Assembly: GCA_963793395.1 (NCBI GenBank)
Contig: CAWCAP010000009.1
Location: 128,179-192,178, forward strand
Reading direction: 5' to 3'
DNA length: 64,000 nt
Source: Bryobacterales bacterium
GTDB taxonomy: Bacteria > Acidobacteriota > Terriglobia > Bryobacterales > Bryobacteraceae
Part shown: positions 17,815 through 28,768 of the stretch, one piece after another
Position numbering within the stretch: the first letter of the stretch is position 1
Layout of the letters: the number at the start of each line of letters is the position of its first letter
Program-made: the position numbers and the translations under genes
The notes under the pieces: generated by a model
Databases searched by the model: none
What the model was told of the DNA's origin: nothing
Seen by the model: only the letters and a program-made list of their open reading frames with translations

Positions 17815-20800
17815 TTGCTCCAGCTTAAGCGCGTCGATATCCAAGGCTTCAAGTCGTTCTACGACCGCACCGAGATGCGCTTCCACGGCTCCGGCATCGC
17901 TGCGATCGTGGGCCCGAACGGCTGCGGAAAATCCAACATCAGCGACGCCATCAGTTGGGTGCTGGGCGAGCAGAGCGCCAAGAGCCTGCGCGGCTCTCGC
18001 ATGGAAGACGTGATCTTCGCCGGCACGCGCGAGCGCAAGCCGCTGGGGATGGCGCAGGTGACGCTGACCATGGTGGACCCGGCGGCTGCACACCGCGCTC
18101 CGGATCAGGCGCAGAACGGTCACGCCAACGGGAATGGTCACGCTCCGCACAAGCCTGCCGAGGTCACCATCACGCGCCGCCTGTACCGCTCGGGCGAAAG
18201 CGAATATCTGATCGACGGGCAAATCCGCGCGGTTGCGCGACATCCAGGAGCTGTTCAGCGGCACGGGACTGGGCCCGGAGAGCTACGCCATCATCGAGCA
18301 GGGCCGCATCGGCCAGATTCTTTCGAACAAGCCGGCCGACCGCCGCGCCGATCATCGAAGAAGCCGCGGGTATCGGCAAATACAAAACGCGCAAGCGTCT
18401 GGCCGAAGCCAAGCTGGAGAGCGCGAAGCAGAATCTTTCGCGCGTGTTCGACATTCTGGAAGAGGTCGGCCGCCAGGTGAATTCGCTGAAGCGGCAGGCC
18501 TCTAAGGCCAAGCGCTACGAAGAACTGCGCACGGAGATGCTGGCGCACTTGCGCCAGGCCGTCGCCGGGCCGCTTCCGCATGCTGGAACGCGAAGCCGCG
18601 AAGCTGGCGCTGGACCTGAATCAGGCGCAGACGCAATTTCCAGAGCCTCTCGGCCGAAGTGCAGAGCAAGGAGCAGGAATACGCGCGCACCCAGGAATCC
18701 TGCTATCAAGTGGACGCCGCGCTGACCGCGTCGCGCGCCCGCGTGGCCGAGCTGAACCTGGAAGCCGAGCGCACGCGCAGCCGCCTGGCGCTGCAGGCCA
18801 AGCAGATCGGCGCCATCGAAGAGCGCATGACCGCGGGCGAAGTCGAAACGCGCACTCTCGACGAGCGCGCAGCAGCGTGAATCCGCCGAACTGCGCCGGG
18901 CTTCAGGAATCCCTGGCCGCAATCGAAGCGCGATGCCGCCGCGGCGCGCGGGCTTCTGGAGACCAAATCGCAAGAGCGCGACGCTTTGCAGAACCATTTG
19001 CGGGAACGCGAACGGTCACTCGAAACCGCACGTCAACAAGTGTTGCGGCTGTTGAGCGAAGCTTCGGCGCTGCGCAATCAACTGGCGCAGGCCGACGAAT
19101 ATCTGGCCGCCATGGAGCGCGACGCCGCCCGCGCCCGCAAGGAAGAAGAAGGCGGCGTCGGGAGACATGGCCCGTCTGGAACTGACTCGCGCCGAGCTAT
19201 CGTCGCGCCTTTCCGCGCGCCAACTGGAACTGGAATCGCTTGACGGATCGCCGCCGCCGCGTGGAGGAAGAATCGAAAGACCGCCAGCAGCGCACCGTTG
19301 AAGCGCGCCAGAAATTGAACGCCTTGCGCGATGCGCTGTCGAAGCAGAAGGCGCGCAAGGAATCGCTCGAAGGGATTCTGTCGCATCGCGCCTACACCAC
19401 TGAGTCGGTAAAGCGCCTGTTCGACCGCCCCGAGCCGATGGCTTCCGACCCTTGGGTGTGCTGGCCGATTTCGTCGAGGTCACGAATCCGGAATGGGAGC
19501 GCGCCTCCGAAGAATTTCTGCACGAAGAATTGGAATACGTAGTCGTCCAAGACTGGCAGGGTGCGGAACGCGGCATTGAAGTCCTGCGCGCCGCCGCCGA
19601 TGGACGGGCGACATTCCTGGTTCATCCCGAAGCGGGCGCATCGTCGGACGCACCGGATCTGTCTTCGGAGCCTGCAATCTCCGGCACTCTGCGCGACACC
19701 CTGCGCCTGACCAACGGTTTCGCTGCTGCGCCGCAAGGCTTGCTGCCGCGGCTGGCGCGCTGCTTCCTGGTATCCGATCACTCCGCCGCGCCGCGTTTAG
19801 CCGAAGCGCATCCCGATTGCTATTTCCTGCTGCCCGACGGCGCCAGTTATCACGGCCATACCATCACCGGAGGGAAGAAGAGTTCTGGCGGCCCGCTGGC
19901 GCTGAAGCGCGAGTTGCGCGAAGTCACCGCGCAGGTTGAGGTTCACGATCGCGAAGCTGACGAACTGACCTCCGAACTGGAAGCGTTGGAACGCGGCTCG
20001 GCCCTCTTGTCCGAGGAGCTGGAGCAGGTTCGCGCACTCCAACAAGCCCAGGAGAAGGACGCGCTGGCGCTGGATCACGAGCAGCGCAAGCTGGCCGAGG
20101 AATACGCCCGAGCGGGTTCACGCCTTTCGACGGCGCGGCTGGAGCTGGAGCGCCTGGCCCGCCAGGGCGAACAAGCCCGCGCCCAGCGGGAACGCAATCA
20201 AGCCCTGGTCGCCGAGAAGGAACAGGCCCGCTTCGATCAGGAAAAAGCGGTTGAGATCGCGCGCGGCGAGTTCGACGGATTGCAGGCGCAAGTTCATGCG
20301 ATCGGCGAAGAGTATTCCGTGCTGCGCGCCGATCTCGCCGGTCTTGATGAGCGTGCCCGCTCGGAGAAGACCGCCGCCGCGCGGCTCGAATCCCAGATCG
20401 CTCAACTCGCTGCCCGCCGCGAGCAATTGTCGCAGGATCTCGAACGCATGGGTGTGGAACGCGCCCGCCTGCTTACCGACAACATTGAGCTGGATCAGCG
20501 CGCGCAACATCTGCTGGAGCACACCTCTGAAGCCGCGTCGCGCGTCGAACTTGCTCACCGCACAGGAAGCCGGTGGCCGCGAAGCCTTGGCGGCGCTCGA
20601 TGAGGCGCTGAAGTCTCTGCGCATCGACGCCCAGGCCGTGCAGGAACTTCGCTCGCAAATCGAACTGGAACTGGTGCGCAAGCAGTCGGAGCTGAAGTAC
20701 CTGGACGAAACCAGCCGCAAGGAATTGAACGCCGCGGCGAGCGAGATTGCCGCCGCGCAAGAGCCGGATGCGCGAAGGCGCGGAGCCAGTCAATGTCGAA

Positions 20801-21490
20801 GAGTCCGAGCAGCGCTATCAGGAAGTCCGCGCGCGCATCGAAGCGCTGGGTCCGGTGAATCCGCAGGCGCTGGAAGAATATCAGGAAGCGCAGCAGCGCT
20901 ACGAATTCCTGAATACGCAAAGGCAGGATCTGCTCGATTCGATCCGCGACACCGAGAAGGCGATTCAGGAACTCGACACCGAATCGCGCCGCCGCTTCAA
21001 GGAAGCGTTTGAACGCATCAACGCCCACTTCAGGGAAATGTTCCAAACGCTATTCGGCGGCGGCCAGGGCGAGATGCGCCTGACCGACGAAGCCAACCTG
21101 GCCGAAAGCGGCATCGATATCATGGCGTCGCCTCCGGGCAAGCGCCTGCAGAATGTCGCGCTGCTTTCGGGCGGCGAGAAATCGCTGACGGCGATGGCGC
21201 TGCTGATGGCGATCTTCCGCTATACGCCCAGCCCGTTCTGCATTCTGGACGAAGTGGACGCGCCGCTCGACGAACCCAACATCCAGCGCCTCACGCGCCT
21301 GATCAAGGAGATGTCGCACGAGACGCAGTTCATCGTCATCACGCACGCCAAGCGGACCATGGAAGCCGCGCAGGCGCTCTACGGCGTGACCATGCAGGAA
21401 CCTGGCGTCTCGAAACTGGTGAGCGTGAGGTTCGATCCGCTGCCCGCCGTGGCAACTCCAAACGCAGCCGCGGCTTTAGCGGCGGTCTAA
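17815..21490 (+). CDS. smc: Chromosome segregation protein SMC, interrupted by at least 10 apparent frameshifts
   Basis: TTG start after GGAGGG. Walker A is FHGSGIAAIVGPNGCGKSNISDAISWVLGEQS. Coiled-coil fragments are spread over three frames. The hinge is in 19452..20603. The C-terminus carries LSGGEKSLTAMALLMAI and ILDEVDAPLD (20747..21490). Confidence 0.9.
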
Positions 21491-21778
21491 AATGACGGAC
21501 CCGCTAGGTTGCAAGTCCGATATTCACGGTGTTGAGTGGCCGTTGGTCGAGCCTCTGGAACGCGCAGTTGAAGCTGTGTTGAAGAAAGCAAATCCTTCGT
21601 GGAACGTAAGCATTCGAGGCGCGAAATCGACCTTGGAGGTTTGCGCTGTTTCTCAAGGAACGTATTCAACCACCCGAATCGTCGCGGACCCGGTGCGCCC
21701 GGAAAGGTGTTCCGGTGGCTGACGGGCCTTATCGCGGGAAGAGCAGTGACGCCAACGCGGTAGACCGAGCCCGAGAAC

Positions 21779-23624
21779 TTACCAGAGGTATTCCTTCGCT
21801 TCCGCCCGCCGTGCGTAGCTATCGAGCACATGCACCACCCGCAGCTTCTTGAGTTTGGTCGGCGAGAGCTGGCCTATCGGCACGTACAAAATTTTGCGAT
21901 TTAAGTGCGCTGCAATCGAACGGAAGATCGAGCGTGGCGGCTTGGCGGCGACGTACACCACGAAGCGCTCCACCGAGTAATCCAACGCCGCCATCAATAG
22001 CCGCTCGGGCTTCGACTCGGCGAATTCGTAATCCGGGTCCGACCACACATCGAACAGCCGGCGCGGTGGCAGCGTCATCAGCAAGCCGCCGTATTCGGCC
22101 CGCCCGATCCCGGGTCCCACAATGTTGTCGAACGGATGCGTGGAATAAAACGCCATATCGGATTCGTTTTGATGCTCGCCCAGCCAGGTTGTCAGATAGG
22201 TGTAGCGGTCGTCGCGATCTTCATCGAAGATCACCACCACGCGCGCCCACTTCGCCCGCCAGCCGGTTCGCGGTCTTCACAAAGATCTTGTGCCGGTGCC
22301 AGTTGCGAATGGTCTCGCGAATATCGATGCCGTCCAGGATCGAAGTGGTGAACGGCTCCACGCGCACGCGCTCTTCGGAGAGAATCGCCTTGGCCTTCTG
22401 CTTCACGAAGCGGCCGTATTCTTCGATCACCAGATCTTCCGGAGGATAAGAACAGATGGCCTCGCCGGTGGTCTGGTGCGCCCATTCGCCGGTAAACTTT
22501 TCGCGCTTGCGCGGCTTCAGGCCCGCCGGTTTCAGGCGCTGCTTGGGGCGGGGAAGCCGGCGGCGGATGCGCAGTCGCTTGGTGTTGATCCAGATCTCGC
22601 TGGCATTCAGACGAACCGTCTCCAGATCCGACGTTTCGTGCTGCGCCAGATAGCGATTTGCCATCTGCCACACTTCCCAGCCGTAGTTGTCATCCACGAC
22701 CGAGCGCGCTGCTACCGCCAGATCGTACACGCTGGCCACCAGATCGCCGCTGATGTGCGCCAGATTGCGGGTGAAACGCGCGATCATGCGGCGCTGCCAG
22801 TGCGCTAGCCTGTCGCCCGTCGATGATGTGTATTTGCCCTCGGCCTCGCGCAGCAAATCGAACTGCACGCGCGGGCGGTCGAGCACTTTGTCGTCGTACG
22901 CTCCACTGTTGGGAAGGGGACGCATGCCCAGCCGGAAGAACTCGTAGCGCTCCTGCAGGTAAGGAAATTCGATCGTGATCTCCGCCAGGCAATCGGGATG
23001 CGGATTCAATAAATCCGGATCGTACTTCTTGCCCTTCGGCGGCGGAGGCTGCGGAGCCTCCATCGCATCCAGCAGCGGGTCGAGCATGTTGAGCGCGACC
23101 ACCGCCACCACGCTGGCCTCCGGATCAGCGCCTTGCAGCTTCCACGCCATGGCGGAAGCGTGGGCCGTCACTTCTTCCGTGCGCATCTGCGGATACACGC
23201 GGTAGGCCTCGATGTAGGGATCTAGACCGATGCGCCGGATCGCATAGGTGTCGGGATACGTGTCCGGCAAGTGCGGACGCTCGGCCGAATCGGGTTCCAG
23301 GAAAATAACCTGAGCGCCGATTTCCTCCGCCGTTCGCAGCGCCTCGATGAAGGGATCGCACGGCTCGACGGGAACGAAGATGGCGCGGTCGTCGCCATCT
23401 TCGTCGTGATAGAGAATGACCGAGAGTTCTGGCAATCGCGCCAGCGCTCGCTGGTAGGATGCCGCGAGGAATCCGGGGAGTTCCACCGCGACTACGCCGG
23501 GTTTCGACGCCAGCAATAGCTTGCGCAGCTCGAGCGCGAACTCCAGCTTGCCGGGCACTACCGGGAAATAACGGACCTTGCCCCGGTCGAGGCCGCCGGA
23601 TTTGATTTCAGCTTCGAGCGACAT
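21779..23624 (-). CDS. Large (~615 aa) protein of unknown function, partner of the upstream AAA ATPase (possibly DUF5682-like); one apparent frameshift near 22240
   Basis: ORFs 22221..23624 and 21779..22240 join as ...AGEVGAR|VVVIFDEDRDDRY. The start overlaps the ATPase stop by 17 nt. The N-terminal pattern VRYFPVVPGKLEFALELRKLLLASKPGVVAVELP...IFVPVEPCDPFIEALRTAEEIGAQVIFLEPD resembles my recollection of DUF5682. That family assignment is unverified. Confidence 0.55.
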
Positions 23625-24447
23625 ACCGCAGGGCCTCTTCGCCGAGGGTCTGCACGATCGCGATCTTAAGAGTTTCCGCGCGGCCCAGCGGAGCGTTGCC
23701 CAGATCCGTCTCGCTGCGCATCAGCTTCATGGCGAAGCGTGCGATGTTGATACCGTCGCGTGCGGTGTAGCGCTCATCGGCCGCGTGCGCCTGCTGCAGA
23801 AAATCGGTGACGTAGTTGAGAATGTGGTCGTCGCCGAACGGCAGGTTCTCGCGCAGGATCGCGAACTCTTCGTGACGCTCCGGGAAATCGATCAGGATCA
23901 TGGGCTGCAGGCGCGAGTGAATATATTCCGGAAGATCGAAGGTGCTGGCGTCGTCGTTCATGGTCGCGACCACGCGGAATAGCGGATGCGCCTTGATCTT
24001 GATTCCGGCGACGATGGATTCCACATAGCGGCGGTTGTCGAGCAGCGGAGCGAGGCTGGCCCAACTCTTCTCGCTCATGCGATTGCCTTCGTCCAGGATC
24101 ACGATTCCGCCGCGCAGCATCGCGGTCACCAGGGGCGAGGCAACATAGCGCAGGCGCGCTTCGCCCTCGATCACCGGCGTGACGAGAAGATCCTCGGGCC
24201 GGGTATCGACGGTGGCCTGCATGATGTAGACTTCGCGGTCGAGCCGTTTGGCCGCCGCATACGCGAGAGTGGTTTTGCCCACGCCCGGCTTGCCCAGCAG
24301 GCGCGGATTCATGGGCAAGTCCTGGGGGTCGATCACCAGCCATGCCGCCAGCAACTGGCGCATCACTTCTTCCTGCCCTACCCACGTAATCGACAGCTCG
24401 TCGGGGTGGGCCAGATGCAGCGGAACGCCTTCGATCTCAACGATCAT
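23608..24447 (-). CDS. AAA_5 / MoxR-like AAA+ ATPase
   Basis: Walker A LLGKPGVGKTTLA, Walker B GGIVILDEGNR, single AAA module of 279 aa. Confidence 0.85.
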   Translation of the reverse strand: MIVEIEGVPLHLAHPDELSITWVGQEEVMRQLLAAWLVIDPQDLPMNPRLLGKPGVGKTTLAYAAAKRLDREVYIMQATVDTRPEDLLVTPVIEGEARLRYVASPLVTAMLRGGIVILDEGNRMSEKSWASLAPLLDNRRYVESIVAGIKIKAHPLFRVVATMNDDASTFDLPEYIHSRLQPMILIDFPERHEEFAILRENLPFGDDHILNYVTDFLQQAHAADERYTARDGINIARFAMKLMRSETDLGNAPLGRAETLKIAIVQTLGEEALRYVARS

Positions 24448-24664
24448 ATTGCTTCAATGTAGCAGAGCGGTTTGCTTTTTCAGGCGGCACTGAGCGGCGG
24501 CAGCCGATAATAAAGCTATGCCTGAGCCAAAACTTCCGCCGCCAGATCCGGATCCGCTAGACCCCTGGCAAGACCCCTCACCGGTGCCCGAGCCGGAAGA
24601 AGATCCCGAGTCCGACGTAATCGACACGCCGCTCGACCCACTTCCGGCTTAGGCGTTAGCCGGG

Positions 24665-25225
24665 TTATTGAGCTCTTTTGAAAAGCGTAACGAAGACCGC
24701 GTTGCCCAGGATATGGCCGTCTAGCGCCTTCATGGCATCGGCCCGGGTGGCATCGGCGCCCAGATCGAGCTTGGTGTCGAGCGCATACAACTCAAACGTG
24801 TAGTGATGGTTCAATCCCGGAGGCGCGCACGGTCCGAAGTAGCCGTCAAAGCCGCGAATGTTCTTGAGGTGTTTCGTGCCATCGGCCATCGCCCCGTTCT
24901 GGACCCCCTCGGCGAGGCTGGTCGCAGTGCCCGGAATGTTGTAGATGAACCAGTGCGTGACATCGTAGATACTTTTCTGCGGATGCGGCTCCGGATCGTG
25001 CAATAGAATAGCGAAGCTCTGCGTTCCCGCCGGAGCATTCATCCACTCAATTTTCGGCGAAGTGCCGGAGGGTGCATTGCTGCAGGAATACTTTATGGGC
25101 AGATCGGCGCCATCTTTCAGGTCGGGGATCATGATCATGAACGGCGGCGGCGCGGCTTTCTTGCCTTGCGCAAAGACGCCGGCAGTGCCGGCCAGCAATA
25201 GCGTGCTCAACAAAAACATCCTCAT
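24665..25225 (-). CDS. YbhB/YbcL family PEBP (Raf kinase inhibitor-like) protein, secreted
   Basis: Signal peptide MRMFLLSTLLLAGTAGVFAQ. PEBP blocks LLHDPEP...HWFIYNIP and GPCAPPGLNHHYTFELYALD. Confidence 0.85.
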   Translation of the reverse strand: MRMFLLSTLLLAGTAGVFAQGKKAAPPPFMIMIPDLKDGADLPIKYSCSNAPSGTSPKIEWMNAPAGTQSFAILLHDPEPHPQKSIYDVTHWFIYNIPGTATSLAEGVQNGAMADGTKHLKNIRGFDGYFGPCAPPGLNHHYTFELYALDTKLDLGADATRADAMKALDGHILGNAVFVTLFKRAQ

Positions 25226-25481
25226 AGTACTTGGATACTCCTCTTCTAAAGTTCGTACTCTTTGAACCACTATAAGCTTCCTAGGGCGAAAGTTCCAAAC
25301 CGGGGGCAAGAAGTATTCGTCCACGCCAGCGACGCTCGGCGGTCACTATTTCTCGTTAGTACATTTGGAAATCCTGGCCGATCTGTATAGCGATGGGCAC
25401 TCTGCACGAGCACACGCAAAATCACGCGTCGTTTGTCCCTGCCGTACCGCACGAAGCGAATTTGCACGAGCGAGGGGCGCG

Positions 25482-28400
25482 ATGAAGCAGAAATTGTTAG
25501 TCCTGGATCACGAGTCGCGCATCTTAAACTCGCTGCAGGAACTCTTCGAGGGCGACTATGCGGTGTATACAACCGACGATGTGGAGGAGGCGCTCCGTCT
25601 GGCGGCGGAGCACGACTTTGCCGTAATTTTGTGTGATGAGAGCCTGCCCGGGGTCCCGGGCCACGAATTTCTGCGCCGGGTGAGAAAGATTTCGAATGCG
25701 GCGCGCGTGCTGATGTCGGGGTACGCCGATTTCACCGCGCTCACCCAGGCTGTGAACAGTGGACAGATCTTCTCCTATATCGCCAAGCCCTGGGAGCCTC
25801 CCAAACTCAAGGCCCGCATCAAGGCTGCCGCCATGCATTTCAACCTGGTGCAGGAGGCCGAGCAGGGGCGGGAACTGCTGGGCGCCCTCATGGAAAAAAG
25901 TCCCGACCTGATTTTCTTCAAGGATTCGGATTTGCGCTTCACGCGAGTGAACAATTCGCTGGCGGAGTTTGTGGGAGCGAGCAACCCGGCGGAGTGTATC
26001 GGTAAGCGCGACGTAGACTATTTCGAAGCGGAAGACTCTCAACGCTGGAGCGGCGAGGAACAGGAGATACTTCGGTCCGGCCAGCCCCAAATAGACCAGG
26101 TCGAGCGATTTAAGAGGCCCAACGACGGCCTGTGCTGGCTTTCTACCACCAAAGTTCCCATGTTCGATCATGCCGGAGCAGTTTCCGGCATCGCGGGCAT
26201 TTCCCGCGACATAACCGCATTGAAAACCAGCGAGAAAATGCTGCGGGAGCAGAGTGAGCGCAACCGCATGATCCTTGAAACCACCTACGACGCGTTCATC
26301 GGCATGACCCCGGACGGCACCATCACCGCGTGGAATCCGCAGGCCGAATTGACCTTCGGATGGACAGCCGCGGAAATCCTCGGCCGCACTCTATGCGAGA
26401 CGGTGGTGGCTCCGGCCTACCGCCCGGCCAACGCGCGCAGCGTGGAAGAGTTCCTGAGCACCACCGAGGGATCCCTCTTGAATCGGCCGGTGGATCTGAT
26501 CGGATTGCACAGCGATGGCCATGAGTTTCCGGTGGAAGCGACGGTTTGGTCGGTTGAAGTGGGGGGTATCCGTAGTTTTAACGCGTTTGTACGCGATGTC
26601 AGCGTGCGCTTGCTAGCCGAAGACGCGCGCAAAAAAGAGGCGACTCTCGTTAAATTGCTGCACTCCGTGACGGTGGCCGCCAACCGCTCCTCCAACATTC
26701 AGCACACCGCTCAAACCTGTCTTCGCCTGATCTGTTCGTACACCGGATGGCATGTGGGCCATCTGTTTCTGCGTGCGCACGACTTATCGGGTGAATTGGC
26801 TTCGGCGGGGATTTGGTGCGAAGGAGAGGGAGAGGCGGAGAGATTTGCAGCCTTTCACGAGATCACCGCTCGTCCGGATAGCAATACCACCGGATTGCCT
26901 GGCTCCATTTTGGCTTCCGGGAAGCCCGAATGGATTGGCAATCTAGCGGACGCAAGCCTTCCGCCGGATCAACCTTTATCCGGCCAACAAACCATACCGG
27001 AGCCAACCATATCGGAACGAACCAGGACTGCACTAGCGGCAGGGCTACGGTCGGGATTTGGGTTTCCGATCGTGGTGGAGGGACAGATTATCGGGATTTT
27101 GGAATTCTACTCCCAGCATCGGGTGCAGCAGGATGAGGAGCTGCTGAACATGATGGGGCACATTGGCTTGCAGTTGGGCCAGGTGATCAAACGCCAGCGC
27201 GCCGAAGAGGAATTGCAGCGCGCCAAAGCCTCCGCCGAATCCGCGAATCGCGCTAAGAGCGACTTCCTCACCACCATGAGTCACGAGATGCGGACGCCGA
27301 TGAACGCGATTTTGGGGATGGCCGACCTTCTCTCGGAAAGTTCACTTCAGGACGAGCAGCGAGGTTACGTTGAAATCTTCCAAAAGGCGGGAGCGAATCT
27401 ACTAGCGCTGATCAACGACATCCTGGATCTCGCGAAGGTTGAGTCGGGCCGTTTTGAACTCGAATCGATCGACTTCAATCTGCGCGCGCTGCTCGAAAAA
27501 ACAATCGAGATGATGGCATCGCGGGCTCAGGATCGCGGCCTGCAACTCACGCTGGAGCTCCTTCCGGATGTCCCTTCGGGTTTAGTCGGCGATCCGAACC
27601 GCCTGCGGCAGATACTGCTGAATCTGATCGGCAATGCTCTGAAATTCACCGAGCGAGGCTCGGTCACTTTGCGTGCGGAACGCGATCCCGAAGGCGCCGC
27701 GGGTTGGTTGCGTTTCAACGTGATTGACACCGGAATTGGCATCGCCGCCGAGCAATCGGAGATGATCTTCGAGCGCTTTACCCAAGCCGATTCCTCCACC
27801 ACGCGCCAGTACGGCGGGACGGGCCTCGGGTTGGCGATTAGCAAAGGTTTCGCCGAACTCATGGGCGGCCGGCTGGGCTGCATCAGCGAATTGGGGAAAG
27901 GGAGCACCTTTTTTCTGGCGGCGCCATTTGCGCTCCGCAGCGAGACGACGGCAACGCCTGCCAACCCCGGTCTCCAGGCCGCCCCAATCCGAGCGGAGGA
28001 AACCAGCGCGCGGGGGGGAATCACGCGCGTGCTTCTGGCTGAGGATTCCGAATACAACGTGCTGCTGGTGCGGGCATATCTGAAGAATTCCGGCATCGAT
28101 CTGGAAGTGGCCGAGAACGGCAAGATCGCGGTCGAGAAAGTGAATTCGTGCCGGCCCGATCTCATTCTGATGGACTTGCAAATGCCTGTGATGGACGGCC
28201 TGGAAGCCACTCGCGCCATTCGCCAGGCAGAGCAGAGAACTGGGGAGCGGCCCCTTCCCATCCTGGCTTTGACGGCGGATGCCGGGCCAGAGGCAGTATC
28301 CAGAAGTCTGGCGGCAGGTTGTTCGGAGCACCTGAGCAAGCCCATCAAACAGGCCACTCTCCTGGATGCCATTGCCCGCCATATTCACGGCGTCATCCGG

Positions 28401-28682
28401 GTTACGCCGCCCGAGGGCCTTGAAGGATTGGTCCCCGATTATCTGGCCAGCATCCGCCGCGATATGGCCAGCATGATCACAGCCATCGGTGAGCAGGACT
28501 GCGGCAGGGCGGGGCGCCTGGGGCATCAGTTCAAGGGAACCGGCCACGGTTACGGCTTTCCGGAAATTGCGCAGGCCGGTAGCGCGATTGAGATGGCTGC
28601 CCGCAGCGCCAACGAGGATGAAATTCGCAAGCAAATCCTGTCGCTGGCCGCGTATCTCGATCGCGTCGAGGTTGTGGTTTAG
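25482..28682 (+). CDS. Hybrid sensor histidine kinase / response regulator (REC-PAS-PAS-GAF-HisKA-HATPase-REC-HPt)
   Basis: ATG at 25482. N-terminal receiver (VILCDESLPG). PAS regions. H-box SHEMRTPMNAILG, N-box LIGNALKFT, G-boxes DTGIGI and GGTGLGLAIS. Second receiver DLILMDLQMPVMDG. HPt HQFKGTGHGYGF. Confidence 0.9.
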   Translation: MKQKLLVLDHESRILNSLQELFEGDYAVYTTDDVEEALRLAAEHDFAVILCDESLPGVPGHEFLRRVRKISNAARVLMSGYADFTALTQAVNSGQIFSYIAKPWEPPKLKARIKAAAMHFNLVQEAEQGRELLGALMEKSPDLIFFKDSDLRFTRVNNSLAEFVGASNPAECIGKRDVDYFEAEDSQRWSGEEQEILRSGQPQIDQVERFKRPNDGLCWLSTTKVPMFDHAGAVSGIAGISRDITALKTSEKMLREQSERNRMILETTYDAFIGMTPDGTITAWNPQAELTFGWTAAEILGRTLCETVVAPAYRPANARSVEEFLSTTEGSLLNRPVDLIGLHSDGHEFPVEATVWSVEVGGIRSFNAFVRDVSVRLLAEDARKKEATLVKLLHSVTVAANRSSNIQHTAQTCLRLICSYTGWHVGHLFLRAHDLSGELASAGIWCEGEGEAERFAAFHEITARPDSNTTGLPGSILASGKPEWIGNLADASLPPDQPLSGQQTIPEPTISERTRTALAAGLRSGFGFPIVVEGQIIGILEFYSQHRVQQDEELLNMMGHIGLQLGQVIKRQRAEEELQRAKASAESANRAKSDFLTTMSHEMRTPMNAILGMADLLSESSLQDEQRGYVEIFQKAGANLLALINDILDLAKVESGRFELESIDFNLRALLEKTIEMMASRAQDRGLQLTLELLPDVPSGLVGDPNRLRQILLNLIGNALKFTERGSVTLRAERDPEGAAGWLRFNVIDTGIGIAAEQSEMIFERFTQADSSTTRQYGGTGLGLAISKGFAELMGGRLGCISELGKGSTFFLAAPFALRSETTATPANPGLQAAPIRAEETSARGGITRVLLAEDSEYNVLLVRAYLKNSGIDLEVAENGKIAVEKVNSCRPDLILMDLQMPVMDGLEATRAIRQAEQRTGERPLPILALTADAGPEAVSRSLAAGCSEHLSKPIKQATLLDAIARHIHGVIRVTPPEGLEGLVPDYLASIRRDMASMITAIGEQDCGRAGRLGHQFKGTGHGYGFPEIAQAGSAIEMAARSANEDEIRKQILSLAAYLDRVEVVV

Positions 28683-28768
28683 GATTGCCGCTGTTCGCGA
28701 GCCGCGACCACATGCTGAGTCGATACCCGCGTAGTAAGCTTTTATACGGTGGCAGGGAGAACCGGAAT

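Noticed and set aside
11337-22240. Interpreting the many disrupted genes (smc, pepA, secretin and others) as a decaying region or pseudogene island.
   Set aside because: The affected genes are core housekeeping functions. Protein similarity is perfect on both sides of each shift. The shifts sit in short homopolymer or GC runs and occur in patches. All of this points to sequencing or assembly indels.
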